Positions 24,595 through 37,488 of a DNA stretch of 64,000 nucleotides are shown piece by piece (the stretch's first letter is position 1; every line of letters begins with the position of its first letter). The notes under the pieces were generated by a model. The model had not been told where the DNA came from. It did not search any database and saw nothing but the letters and a program-made list of their open reading frames with translations. Both the position numbers and the translations under genes were made by a program. The DNA is taken from NCBI RefSeq assembly GCF_009914755.1, contig NC_060925.1. One strand, given 5' to 3'. Origin of the DNA: the human T2T-CHM13v2.0 reference genome, Homo sapiens.

Positions 24595-26389
24595 CCCCCC
24601 TCGCTGGCTCCCCACATCCAGAAAATGATGCCATGGTTGCCCTTCCAGTAGGAAGGAAGTCGCGACTCCAGGGAGTAACTCATCACTTTCCCCTAGTTGG
24701 TCACACAGTCCTTAACGCGACCACACGAGTGTACGCGTGGCATGTGCACCGTCTATATTCACCGTGTTCCGGCTACTCCACACTCTCTCCCCTCATTCTG
24801 CCGGCACCACCACCGCCATGTCGCAACTCCCAACCTAACCCCAATCCACCACTTTAGTCGAGGATGCTGCCTTGTTTCTCTCCCTCGGACCTCTTTTCAT
24901 CTCAGCCCCAGACACATGCCTGAGACGTGAATGTGCGTCCTGAAGACGGCTTATTTATGTCTCGGGTCCAGTTGCATTCCCTACCCTTTTGGGACGTGGG
25001 ACGTGGCCTCCAGTCGCTCTGTCACGATGTCTCTCCCACCCTGGGCTGCTTGCCACCTCACCCCAGCCCCACTCCATACTCTGACCGCCCAGCCCAAGCA
25101 GCATCCCAGTCTCGCCGGCGCGGGTCCCCTTTGACCACACAGACTTCGTTCCTGCCCAGACCAACCGGCTGAAAATGTACTGTTCCCACCAGCCTTCAGG
25201 CTCAGCCCTCCCTCCCCCACCTTGGTCTCACGCCACCCACCCCTTCACTCACACACACACTCAGACGCGCACGCACACACACACACACACACACTCACAC
25301 TCTCTCTCTCTCTCTCTCTCTCTCTGTCTTTCTCTGTCTCTCTCTCTCTCTCTGTCTCTATGTCTCTATCTCTCTGTCTCTGTCTCACACAGCCAACTCT
25401 CCGTCTCGCCGTCAATGCCCCTCTCTCAGACGACTCATATCCCCCAGCCCTGGCCTCCTTCAGCCTCTTCAGACTCACGCCAGCTCCGCCACCAGCTGGG
25501 ATCCCTCCCACCTATGGCATAGGCAGCCCGCGAGGTGCCCTAACGCCCCAGGCATCTGCACAACCTCCGTTTGACTGCACAGCCTCACTCCCAGACCTGG
25601 CCAGCCAGCCCTGTGCACCCCCTGGACACCCTGGACTCCTTCTTCCAGCTCCCAGCACGCAACATGCTTCTCTCCTTTCCTTGGTGTCAGCCCCTTGCCC
25701 CGGGCTAGGGTGGACGCCAGCCACGGGATCGGACACCTTCGTCCGTCGCTGTCACCCACTGACATCCACCCACAACACGCTGGCAAGCAAGCCAGCCTCC
25801 CGTGGGGATGGCAAACATCTCTATCCCCGATAGGGTCTGGTCCCTGCAGGTGATCCGACTGTGCCAAGATCCCACGAATGACACGGGACAGGTTTGTGCA
25901 GTTGGTTGGACGTCTACTTTGCCCCTACAGAGGGGTTTTGGCAAGAAGTCGACTGACTTCTGCCATTGACCTGGGGAATCAGCCAAACAATAAGATCAGT
26001 ACGGGTTGAATAGAGGGTTGTAGAACTGGGCTCATCTGTGCTAAGGAGGGGAGGGGAAAAAAAGTCCCACAGCGAATCTTGGCGCTGGGGATAGGTACCA
26101 TCTCCACATGTTCCTTGACATTTGGAGAGACGATAGAGAGCGTAGGTCAGGCAATGGGAAGCAAACTTCGGCTAGAAGTCTGTCAGGAACCCCAACCCCG
26201 CACATGCGCTTTGGTCAGCCTGGCCGTTGGGTTTTCCCCACGAACTGCTGCATCTCCACGCTTCAATGCCCGTGGCCAGGTTGGTCTGACTAATGGGACC
26301 TCTCAAGATTCATTTTCACATCCAGAATAGGCGAGAATCTCAAACCTGTCGACGGTGAGCGGGAGCATGTGTACGCACATGCACGTGTA

Positions 26390-26809
26390 CGTTGCGGGAA
26401 GTCAGGGACCCCGAACGGAGGGAGCGGCTGGAGCTGCGGCCGAGGCACGTAAATTGTGAGGATTTCATTTCAATACGGACATTCATCAGTTCCCAAATAA
26501 TGCTTTTATAATTTCTTACGCCTGTCTTTACTTTAATCTCTTAATCCTGTTATCTTCGTAAGCTGAGGATGTACGTCACCTCAGGACCGCTGTGACAATT
26601 GTGTTGACTCTACAAATTGATGGTAAAACGTGTGTGTTTGAACAGCATGAAATCAGGGCACCTTGAAAAAGAATAGAATAACAGCGACTTTTAGGGAACA
26701 GGGGAAGACAACGGTAAGGTCTGACTGCCTGCGAGGTCGGGCAGAAAGAGCCATATTTTTCTTCTTGCAGAGAGCCTATGAAGGACGTGCAGGTAGGGAA
26801 GATGTGGCT
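26390..26809 (+). mobile_element. MER11 LTR fragment, unit 4
   Basis: copy of 4181-4600. Confidence 0.8.
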
Positions 26810-26811
26810 AA

Positions 26812-27384
26812 GACAACCTAAGTGTCCATCGGCCGGGAAATGGATTAACAAAAATGTGGCATATAGACACCATGGAATACTCTTTGGCCATAGAAAAGAA
26901 CGAAATCCTCTGGTCTGCAGCAACAGAGGCGGAGCTAAAGGTCACGATGGAACATCAAACGAGCCGGGCACAGAAAGACAGAGAGGGCAGGTTCTTACTC
27001 CAATCCTGGGAGCTCAAAATGTTCACCTTGTGGAGGTAGAGAGTAGAACGATAGACACCAGAGGCTGGAGAGGGTGTGTGGGTGACTGCGGTGAAGAGAG
27101 GTTGGTGAAATGGGTCCGAGCATGCGTTTGGATGGAGGGAATACGTTCCAATAATGTTCTACGGCGGAGTAGGGCGACTAGGGGTAACAACGATGTATTA
27201 GTGCTTGTTTCCGAAGAGCTCCTGGAAGACAGCACCTGAGATGCTCCCAACAGGTAGAGATGACAGATACCCACGGGATGGATGCCCTACATCCCCTCAG
27301 TTGACCATCGATCACTACGCGATGTACACGCGTTACCACACGTCACAGGAATCCCATGGATATCATGTCCGCATGAAGAAAAAC
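26812..27384 (+). mobile_element. L1 3' fragment, unit 4
   Basis: copy of 4603-5175. Confidence 0.85.
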
Positions 27385-28016
27385 ATAGTCATGCTGCCAG
27401 GGTGATTGTCGCAGCTCTGCCTCCCTAGCGCTATGGCCCGTGGTCTCGGCTCCTCAAGTTCCGCTGCCATTACTACCAAAGCCGCTGACACCCGTGGAGC
27501 CCAATCACGGATCCCACGCCTTGGGAAAGCCAGTGCGCTTGCTGACATGAGTGGCTCTGGCGGGTGGCCCAACCATTAGGCGCAGATCCCCCGCAGCCGA
27601 GAGAGAAGTGGCCCGTCAGCCACTCGGCTTGGCTTGGCAGAAGCCGCTCCGCTCGAGAGTCCTGGCCCATCCCGTGGCCAGCCGAGAGTGCGAGGGTGGC
27701 GGTGGTGGTGGTGGCGGGTCACCTGGCGGCCATGGGAGGAGAAAGCCTGACCTGGCCAGTGGGCTTTGCCGCTGACAAAGAGTGGGAGCGAGGCGAGCAC
27801 CTGACAAGGAAGGGCTGTGAAGCTGATGTTGCGAAGGTGGCGCCAGCGAGGCCAAAAGGAGGGATGGGTGGAGGTAGGCGGGGAGCGTTGGGGCGGCGCA
27901 CGTGGAAGCCGAGGGAGGTTGTGGCTGGGGCGCGGGAGAAGCGAGCCAGCCTGTTGGTCAAAAGGGGAGGTGTGAAGGGGCCTGGCAGTTGGCAGGCAGA
28001 GCCAACGAAGGAAGGC

Positions 28017-28088
28017 TTCCCTGACCGGGAATCGAACCCGGGCCGCGGCGGTGAGAGCGCCGAATCCTAACCACTAGACCACCAGGGA
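28017..28088 (-). tRNA. TRE-CTC1: tRNA-Glu(CTC), unit 4
   Basis: identical to 5808-5879. Confidence 0.97.
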
Positions 28089-28373
28089 GAGGCGGCTTCA
28101 GGGCCCGGCTTGCGCCTCCTGGCCCCAGCGCCTCTGGCCCCAGCACTGGGCGCTACCTTGGCGCCTGTCCCCTGCTTCGCTTTAAAACAAACACCGCAAC
28201 CAGCCCCCGCGACGCCGGCGGCAACCGGCCTGCCCTCACGAGCAGCTCTGGCCCTGTTCGCAGCACACCCTCCAAACACCGCGCGCCTCCTTCCCCGGCG
28301 CACAGGCACGCAGCCACAGGCCAAGCTGCGACGCGAGCTCCGCGACGGGGACCTCCGCAAAAGGTCCGCCCGC

Positions 28374-28445
28374 TGCGTTGGCCGGGAATCGAACCCGGGT
28401 CAACTGCTTGGAAGGCAGCTATGCTCACCACTATACCACCAACGC
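28374..28445 (-). tRNA. TRG-TCC2: tRNA-Gly(TCC), unit 4
   Basis: identical to 6165-6236. Confidence 0.97.
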
Positions 28446-29031
28446 CGCACGGCGCGGGCAGCCCCGCCGCGCCGGCCCGGGGCTCCCACCAGCGCGCCGC
28501 CGACGCCCGGGGCAGGCCGGCCCCGACGCCCGGTCCGTCCGCCCGCCCGCAGCTCCGCGCTGCCGCGGCCCCGCCAAAGGCCGCCCCGCGCCCCACCGGG
28601 GCAAGGCCAGCGCGGCTGCCCCGTTCCGCCCGCCTGCCTCTGGGGGCGCTCTCGCTCCCTCGCCGCCCGGGGCCGCCAGAGCCCTTCCCCACCAGGTGCC
28701 CGGCGGGGACACGGCCGGCGCCGACGGGGTCCCCACTCCTCCGCCTCCCACCGGGCGCCGGGCCCTGTGCCTCGCAGAAAGCCTCTTCCGACACCCACTT
28801 TGGGCCGGCAGCTCTCTGGGCGCCGTGGGGGCCAGAGGAGGCCGCCCGGCTGCGGGCGACCAAGCCGCGGGCGAGAAGAAAAGGTAGGAGGCCAAGGGGG
28901 CCCAGGAGGCCCAGGGGGCCAAGGGGCCAGGCCCGAGATGGCGCCCTGCGACTAGCGGGAGGGCGGAGGAAGGAGAGAGAAGGAGGGCCCACAGGCTGGG
29001 TCCGAGGCGGCGGCCCAAAAAGCACGGCTGC

Positions 29032-29103
29032 CTCCCCGTCGGGGAATCGAACCCCGGTCTCCCGCGTGACAGGCGGGGATACTCACCACTATACTAACGA
29101 GGA
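29032..29103 (-). tRNA. TRD-GTC2: tRNA-Asp(GTC), unit 4
   Basis: identical to 6823-6894. Confidence 0.97.
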
Positions 29104-29739
29104 CGACGGCGACGGTCGCCGGGACGCCAGACCCCACTCCGACCGCGGACGCCTAGCCCTGCCTTGATCCCCTCCCCCGACGGCAGGGGCCGGGCGCGTG
29201 CTCGCCTTCCACCCGCCGCCCGCCGCCCGCCACCCGCCACACGCCACCCGTCACCTGCCACCCGCCCCCCGCCACCGTTGGCACGACCTACCCCGACACC
29301 CAACAAAGCACCCTGCGATCCCGCTGGGACCCGGAGCCGGAGCCGGACCCCGACAGGTACCGGAGCGGCGTGGAACCTCCCCGCGCGCCCTGCCTGCTGT
29401 CTCCAACGCGGGGATCGCGCCGGGGCAGGAGGAGGCGCGGGCGAAACAGTCAGGCCGCTGCTCCTAGGACGCGGTGGGCGCACGCCCTGCGGGGTTCGGC
29501 GAGCGGAGGCGCGGGGGCTGGGGCGTGCGCCGGCGGCGGCCGGCCCGACGCGGACCCTTTGGGTCCGGGGTGGGGACGCGGGGGCGTCCACGCCAACGCC
29601 AGCCGGCTCCGTTCACTTGGCGCCCGCTCCGCCCGCGCGGTCCGTCGGTTGCGCACCGAACCCAGACAGGCGCCGGCCAAGGGCGCAGGCGTTCGCGCCG
29701 GGTCCCAGCCATGCCAGCGGCGACGCGCCCCGGCGCGCC

Positions 29740-29822
29740 GTCAGGATGGCCGAGCGGTCTAAGGCGCTGCGTTCAGGTCGCAGTCTCCCCTGGAGGCGTG
29801 GGTTCGAATCCCACTCCTGACA
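29740..29822 (+). tRNA. TRL-CAG1: tRNA-Leu(CAG), partial unit 5 (last intact array tRNA)
   Basis: identical to 125-207. Confidence 0.97.
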
Positions 29823-31060
29823 AGCCGACCTTTTGGCCCGCCCGCCGGAGGGCAACGCCCATGGCAACCCTGGAGCACCTTTGGCCGCTTCCTGCCTTGA
29901 GCCCTTGCCCGCTCTCCAGACTCCAGCCCCCTTGAAGCAAGCCTCCAAAACGCCGCCGCTTCTCAGGCACGTCCGTTCTTCCTGCCCACCCGCCGGCTGT
30001 CGCAGAAACAGCCCAGGACCATGCGCCAGCGCCCGCGACCCTCTACCAATTGCCCTTCGGACAGACGCCCTCCCCACCACCTCACACGCCCTCTTCCCTG
30101 GCCCCACACACAGCGAGCGACCGCGACCACCTTCCACGCTCTTCCCTGCCTATCTCCTCCGCCCGCCTTCTCCTCACTCGCCCAAACAGACACAGCCCAG
30201 ATTCTTCCCCTATTCCTCCTTTTCCCTCCTTCCTCCCACCGGCCTCCGCCCACCGCCCACCGCCTTGAATCGCCGCTGCGCTGCCCAGAGGCGTCCTGGC
30301 CTGAACAGCCCGCCCGGTTTCACCCTCCAACTTCTGACCGCTGAGCAGCAGCGAGCGACTCGCTCGTGGAGCCGCACACACGTCTCCCACCAGAGGCACG
30401 CCATCCAACATCCTGTCCTTTCCTCCGACCCCTCGGACCCCGGCCGCGCATTCCATTCTGCCGACACCCTAGCCAGGTCGCCGATCCCACCTCGCTACCT
30501 GTGCTCCCTTCCCGCTAACACCTGCCTGCCGGCCCACCTGCAGCCCGGACGCCTGCCGGCCAGAGGCAGCGGGAACCCTGCACACAGCCTGGCAGGCGAG
30601 TCCAAACCCGGAAAGACAGCCCAAGAGGAATCACGAGCGGAAGCCCTAGATCCCCGTCACCCGCCCACAAACGCCTGGCCCCGCCGGGACCAGCTCTGCG
30701 CCACAGCGCATCCCCACGCGGGAAGCCGCGGCCTGGGCCGTCCCAGCCACACCCAGCGCGCCTTCTCCAGGGTCAGCCAGCTGCGGCTCTGCCGAAGCGC
30801 TCCTCCGCTCCTTTCTCGCGCTCCAGCCTCCCTACCAGCCCAGGGGGCCGGACCCCAAGTGCGAGCCGGTGGCGTGGGTCAGAGCGCAGGAGCGAGGCGA
30901 CCACGGACCTGGTCTGCGTTTCTGAGCCGCACGCCACGGCTGCGAGACCCGTTCCCCATCGCCGCCCCCGCTCGCTGACACACCCATCCCGCCTCTCACC
31001 TGCTGGTGACACAAGTGAGAAGGCTGGCCCCACGGTGGTGAAAAAAAAAACACCTCACGA

Positions 31061-31120
<60 letters not shown>

Positions 31121-31448
31121 AACAACAAAAACAAAACACAAAAACTCTGGGTCTGTGCCGGGGATCCGTGCTCAGCAAGGCCCGCCACAGCAAATCTGCC
31201 CACACGGGCATTCGGGCGCGGGCCACGGCCGGTCCTTCCCCTGGAGACCCCGGCGGGCAGTCTCTCGACCCTGGGCGGCAGAGAAAGCGCAAGATGGGAC
31301 GAGTCGACCTCTCTCCCTCCGCTCTCCCTCCGCGCCCAACCTCAGTTGCCTGGATGTGAGGAGAGCCTCCCCTTCTGCCCTCCTCATCGCGCCAGCCTGT
31401 CTTGTACCCTCCAATAGGATGGAGGCCTACGGCAGGCAGTGATCAGTG

Positions 31449-31837
31449 GGTCAGAATGCGGATGAGGTCAGATAAGGGAATAAAGGTAGGCTGCCCAACC
31501 CAGCAGTCGGCAGCCAGCAGCGGCAACCGACTCAGTTCCTCTTCTACACTTTGGAAGGTTTGGTTTTTCGCTCTATGCAAAAAATCTTGCTGTTCTTCAC
31601 TCTTTGCATCCGCTGTGCCTTGAAGTCCTGTAACACTGATTACAAAGGTCTGCAGCTTCACTCCTGAAGGGACCGAGACCACGAACCCACTGGCAGGAGG
31701 AAACTCCGGAGACATCTGAACATTTGAATGAATAAACTCTGGACACTCTATCTTTAAGATCCCTAACACTCACCACGAGGGTCTGCGGCTTCATTCTTGA
31801 AGTCAGCCAATCCAAGAACCCACCAATTCCAGACACA
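31449..31837 (+). mobile_element. LTR12 5' LTR remnant (end of U3/R/U5 only)
   Basis: aligns to the 3' LTR only from ggtcagataagggaataaa (~38440) onward. Confidence 0.88.
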
Positions 31838-31840
31838 TTT

Positions 31841-31858
31841 TGGCAACCCAGATGGGAC
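31841..31858 (+). other. primer-binding site, tRNA-Arg type
   Basis: tggcaacccagatgggac directly after the LTR; near-complement of the recalled tRNA-Arg(CCG) 3' end (TGGCGACCCAGATGGGAC). Confidence 0.8.
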
Positions 31859-32927
31859 TATCGCCTATTGCCAAGTGATGAATGCCATCGGACCCCTTTC
31901 ACTTGGTATTCTGTCTCATTTTTCCTTATAATTTGGGGGCTAAATACCGGGCACCTGTCGGCCAGTTAAAAGCAAGTAGTGTGGCTGCTGGACTAAAGAC
32001 ACGGTTTTCAGGCTTTCTGGGAAAGAGCTCTGTAACAACCCCCAACTCTTCGGAGTTGGGAGCATTGGTTTGCCTGGAACCAGCTTCCGCTTTTCCTGTG
32101 CTTCTGGGCTGAGCTGATGGTCGACAGAGAGGAAAGCCATCCAGCTTTGGGGTCCCCACAACAAGTTGGTTGACCCTGTGGACATGAGCAGAACTCTGAA
32201 AGGCATGTCGCCGAAGCGAGACTCGCCCATCTATCCTCTCTATCCTGACCCTTGTCCCCTGGGTCCTAATGCCTGCCAGACAAACTTCCTCTCAACTCTC
32301 TTCTCTGAGGGTAGTCCTGCTTCTAGAAATCATTCCCTGTCTCTGGTGCTTTTCTAGTTTCTCCTATAAGAATGATTTCTAGTATAACTCCAGGACTCTG
32401 TTACCTTCTTTAGGCACCCAGGCTCACCAATCAGAAAGACATAATTTTTGTCCAAAGCCCTATTGTAGGGGGTACTCCCTGGAATTTTAGGATCCCTCCT
32501 CAGACCAGTACGCCTAAACAAAGCTATTCCCGAAGCTAGGATATGGGGAGCCTCAGAAATTGTATCCTTCCTATTCATATAAGTGAGGACAAAAGTGTCA
32601 CTGTTCCAACCCTTGAGATCCCTTGCCTCCCTCAGGGTATGGCCCTCCACTTCATTTTTGGGGCATAACATCTTTATAGGACACAGGTAAGGTCCCAATA
32701 CTAACAGGAGGACAGGGAAGCCTGCAGGTTTTTGAGAATGCGTCAGCAAGGGCCACTAAATCTGACCTTCCCCGGTCCTCCTTGTGGTCTGGGAGGAAAA
32801 CTAGTGTTTCTGCTGCTGCATTGGTGAGTGCAACTATTCTGATCAGCAGGGTCCAGGGACCGTTGTGGGTTCTTGGGCAGGGGGAGAAACAAAACAAACC
32901 AAAACTGTGGGCAGTTTTGTCTTTCAG

Positions 32928-34387
32928 ATGGGAAATACTCAGGCATCAACAGGCTCACCCTTGAAACGCATCCTAAGCCATTGGGACCAATTTGACCCAC
33001 AAACCCTGAAAAAGAGACAGCTCATTTTTTTCTGCCCTATGGCCTGGCCCCAGAATTCTCTCTCTGATGGGGAAAAATGGCCACCTGAGGGAAGTACAAA
33101 TTACAATACTATCCTGCAGCTTGAGCTTTTCTGTAAGAGGGAAGGCAAATTGAGTGAAATACCTTATGTTCAAGCTTTCTTTTCATTGAAGGAGGATACT
33201 CAACTATGCAAAGCTTACAATTTACATCCCACAGGAGGATCTCTCAGCTTACTCCCATATCCTAGCCTCCCTATAGCTCCCCTTCCTGTTAATGGTAATC
33301 CTCCTTTGATCTCCCCTGCCCAGAAGGAAATAAGCAAAGAAATCTCCGAAGGACCACAACCCCCCCGGGCTATCGGTTATGTCCCCTTCAAGCTGTATGG
33401 GGAGGGTAATTTGGCCCAACCTGGGTACATGTCCCCTTCTCCCTCTCTGATTTAAAGCAGATCAAGGCAGACCTGAGGAAGTTTTCAGATGATCCTGATA
33501 GGTACATAGATGTCCTACAGGGTCTAGGGCAAAGTTTCGACCTTGCTTGGAGAGATGTCATGCTACTGTTAGATCAAACCCTGGCCTTTAATGAAAAGAA
33601 TGCAGCTTTAGCTGCAGCCTGAGAGTTTGGAGATACCTGGCATCTTAGTCAAGTAAATGATAGAATGACAGCTGAAGAAAAGGACAAATTCCCTACTGGT
33701 CAGCAAGCCATCCCCAGTATGGATCCCCACTGGGACTTCAACTCAGATCATGGGGACTGGAGTCATAAACATCTGTTGACCTGTGTTCTAGAAGGACTAA
33801 GGAGAATTAGGAAAAAGCCCATGAATTATTCAATGATGTCCACCATAACTCAGGGAAAGGAAGAAAATCCTTCTGCGTTCCTTGAGTGGCTATGGGAGGC
33901 CTTAAGAAAATATACTCCCCTGTCACCTGAATCACTCAAGGGTCAACTGATTCTAAAAGATAAGTTTGTTACCCAATCAGCTGCAGATATCAGGAGAAAT
34001 CTCCAAAAGCAAGCCATGGGCCCTGGACAAAATCTGGAGGCATTGTTAAACCTAGCAACCTCAGTGTTCTATAATAGGGACCAAGAGGAACAGGCCCAAA
34101 AGGAAAAGTGAGGTCAGAGAAAGGCTGTAGCCTTAGTCATGGCCCTCAGACAAACAAACCTTGGTGGTTCAGAGAGGACAGAAAATGGAGCAGGCCAATC
34201 ACATGGTAGGGCTTGTTATCAGTGTGGTTTACGAGGACACTTTAACAAAGATTGTCCAACGAAAAATAAGCCACCCCCTCATCCATATCCGCTATGCCAA
34301 GGCAATCACTGGAAGGTGCACTGCCCCAGAGGACAAAGGTTCTCCGGGTCAGAAGCCCCCAACCAGATGATCCAACAACAGGACTGA
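32928..34387 (+). pseudogene. HERV9 gag, disrupted by a frameshift and stops
   Basis: ORF pieces 32865-33455, 33665-34111 and 34139-34387; MHR-like ITQGKEENPSAFLE; zinc knuckle CYQCGLRGHFNKDC. Confidence 0.88.
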
Positions 34388-36590
34388 GGGTGCCCGGGGC
34401 AAGTGCCAGCTCATGTCATCACCCTCACTGAGCCCCTGTTAAGTTTAACCACTGAGGGCCAGGAAATTGACTTCCTCCTGGACACTGGAGCAGCCTTCTC
34501 AATATTAACCTCCTGTCCTGGACAACTGTCCTCAAGGTCCGTTACCATCCGAGGAATCCTGGGACAGCCTGTAACCAGGTGTTTCTCCCACTACCTCAGT
34601 TGTAATTGGGAGACTTGGTCTTTTCACATGCCTTTCTTGTTATGCCTGAAAGTCCCACACCCTTATTAGGGAGGGATATATTAGCCAAGGCTGGAGCTAT
34701 TATCTACATGAATATGGGGAACAAGTTATCCATTTGTTGTCCCCTACTTGAGGAGGGAATCAACCCTGAAGTCTGGGCATTGGAAGGACAATTTGGAAGG
34801 GCAAAAAATGCCCGCCCAGTCCAAATCAGGCTAAAATACCCCACCACTTTTCCTTATCAAAGGCAATATCCCTTAAGGCCTGAAGCTCATAAAGGATTAC
34901 AGGATATTGTTAAACATTTAAAAGCTCAAGGCTTAGTAAGGAAATGCAGGAGTCCCTGCAGCACCTCAATTCTAGGAGTACAAAAACCGAGCAGTCAGTG
35001 GAGACTAGTGGAAGATCTTAGACTCATCAGTAAGGCAGTAATTCCTCTATATCCTGTTGTACCTAACCCCTATACCCTGCTCTCTCAAATACCAGAGGAA
35101 GCAGAATGGTTCACTCTTCTGGACCTCAAGGATGCCTTCTTCTGCATTCCTCTGCAATATGACTCCCAGTTTCTCTTTGCCTTTGAGGATCCCGCAGACC
35201 ACATGTCCCAACTTACGTGGATGGTCTTGCCCCAAGGGTTTAGGGATAGCCCTCACCTGTTTGGTCAGGCACTGGCCAAAGATCTAGACCACTTCTCAAG
35301 TCCAGGCACTCTGGTCCTTCAGTATGTGGATGATTTACTTTTGGCTACCAGTTCAGAAGCCTCATGCCAGCAGGCTACTCTAGATCTCTTGAACTTTCTA
35401 TCTAATCAAGGGTACAAGGTGTCTAGGTCGAAGGCCCAGCTTTGCCTACAGGAGGTCAAATATCTAGGCCTAATCTTAGCCAGAGGGACCAGGGCCCTCA
35501 GCAAGGAATGAATACAGCCTATACTGGCTTATCCTCATCCTAAGACATTAAAACAGTTTCAGGGGTTCTTTGGAATCACCGGCTCTTGCCGACTATAGAT
35601 CCCTGGGTACAGCGAGATAGCCAGGCCCCTCTATACTCTAATCAAGAAAACCCAGAGGGCAAATACTCATCTAGTAGAATGGGAACCAGAGGCAGAAACA
35701 ACCTTCAAAACCTTAAAGCAGGCCCTAGTACAAGCTCCAGCTTTAAGCCTTCTGACAGGACAAAACTTCTCTTTATACATCACAGAGAGAGCAAGGATAG
35801 CTATTGGAGTCCTTACTCAGACTTGTGGGACAACCCCACAACCAGTGGCTTACCTAAGTAAGGATATTGATGTAGTAGCAAAAGGCTGGCCTCACTGTTT
35901 AAGGGTAGTTGCAGCGGTGGCCATCTTAGTGTCAGAGGCTATCAAGATAATACAAGGAAAGGATCTCACTGTCTGGACTACTCATGATGTAAATGGTATG
36001 CTAGGTGCCAAAGGAAGTTTATGGCTATCAGACAACTGCCTACTTAGATGCCAGGTGCTACTCCTTGAGGGACTGGTGCTTCAAATACATACATGCATGG
36101 CCCTCAACCCTGCCACTTATCTCCCAGAGGATGGGAACCAATTGAGCATGACTGCCAACAAATTATAGTCCAGACTTATGCTGCCCGAGATGATCTCTTA
36201 GAGGTCCCCTTAGCTAATCCAGACCTTAACTTATATACCGATGGAAGTTCATTTGTGGAAAATGGGGTATGAAGGGCAGGCTATGCCATAGTTAGTGATG
36301 TAACCATACTTGAAAGTAAGCCTCTTCCCCCAGGGACCAGTGCCCAGTTAGCAGAACTAGTGGCAATTACCGGAGTCTTAGAACTGGGAAAGGGAAAAAT
36401 AATAAATGTGTATACAGATAGCAAGTATGTTTATCTAATCCTATATGTCCATGCTGCAATATGGAGAGAAAGGGAGTTCCTAACCTCTGGGGGAACCCCA
36501 ATTAAATAGCACAAGGAAATTATGGAGTTATTGCACACAGTGCAAAAACCCAAGGAGGTGGCAGTCTTACATTGCTGAAGCCATCAAAAT
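34388..36590 (+). pseudogene. HERV9 pro-pol (protease, RT, RNase H), disrupted; integrase deleted
   Basis: LLDTGA protease motif; LDLKDAFF, LPQG and YVDD in ORF 34606-35511; RNase H YTDGSSFV near 36232. Confidence 0.9.
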
Positions 36591-36829
36591 GGGGAAGGAG
36601 AGGAGAGAACAGCACCATAAGCAGCTGGCAGAGGCAGGGAAAGACCAGCAGAAAGGAAAGAGAGAAAGAGACAGAAAGTCAGAGAGAGAGAGAGAGGAAG
36701 GGACAGAGACACAGAGGGAGTCAGAGAGAGAGAGACAGAGACAAAGAAGTCAAAGAGAAAGAAAGAGAGATGGAAGCAGTAAGAAAAAAACAGTGTACCC
36801 TATTCCTGTAAAAGCCAGGGTAAATTTCT

Positions 36830-37330
36830 GTCTACCCAGCCAAGGCATAGTCTTCTTATGTGGAACTTCAACCAATATCTGCCTCTCAGACAGTTTACAA
36901 GAAATAAAGAAATCTATCCTTACTCTACAATCCCAAATAGACTCTTTGGCAGCAGTGACTCTCCAAAACTGCTGAGGCCTAGACCTCCTCACTGCTGAGA
37001 AAGGAGGACTCTGCACCTTCTTAGGGGAAGAGTGTTGTTTTTACACTAACCAGTCAGGGATAGTATGAGATCCTGCCTAGAATTTACAGCCAAAATCTTC
37101 TGTATCAGACAACGTATTTCAAACTCTTATACCAACCTCTGGAGTTGGGCAACATGGCTTCTCCTCTTTCTAGGTCCCCTGGCAGCCATCTTGCTGTTAC
37201 TCGCCTTTGGGCCCTGTATCTTTAACCTTCTTGTCAAATTTGTTTCCTCTAGAATCGAGGCCACCAAGCCTCAGATGGTCTTACAAATGGAACCCCAAAT
37301 GAGTTCAATTAACAACTTCTACGGAGCACC
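36830..37330 (+). pseudogene. HERV9 env transmembrane remnant
   Basis: [33 protein letters not shown] (immunosuppressive domain plus CX6CC); hydrophobic WLLLFLGPLAAILLLLAFGPC. Confidence 0.85.
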
Positions 37331-37488
37331 CCTAGACTGCTGCCACTTTCACTGGCCTAGAGATTTCCAGCCTGGAGGACACTATAACTGCAGGGTCCAT
37401 TCATCACCTCTATCCAGAAAGAAGTAGCTAGAGCAGTCATTGGCCAAATTCCCAAAAGCAGCTGGGGTGTCCTGTTTAGAGGGGGGAT

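Larger units (their letters stand above)
1..31448. repeat. ~7.4-kb tRNA-gene tandem array (VNTR); units 1-7406, 7407-14812, 14813-22218, 22219-29615, partial 29616-31448; probably continues left of the window
   Basis: cttggcgcccgctccgcc recurs at 1, 7407, 14813, 22219 and 29616; the ORF track repeats with the same period; the five-tRNA content matches the known 1q23.3 tRNA VNTR (recalled). Confidence 0.98.

Noticed and set aside
31841-31858. Idea that the ERVs are primed by, or functionally coupled to, the neighbouring tRNA genes
   Set aside because: The PBSs are Arg-type (31841) and Pro-type (46496-46513); neither tRNA is encoded in the array.
34606-35511. 301-aa open RT segment with LPQG/YVDD as a possibly domesticated reverse transcriptase
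   Set aside because: Frameshifted from the protease, ends at a premature stop, with gag, RNase H and env disrupted and integrase and the 5' promoter deleted; ordinary HERV9 decay.
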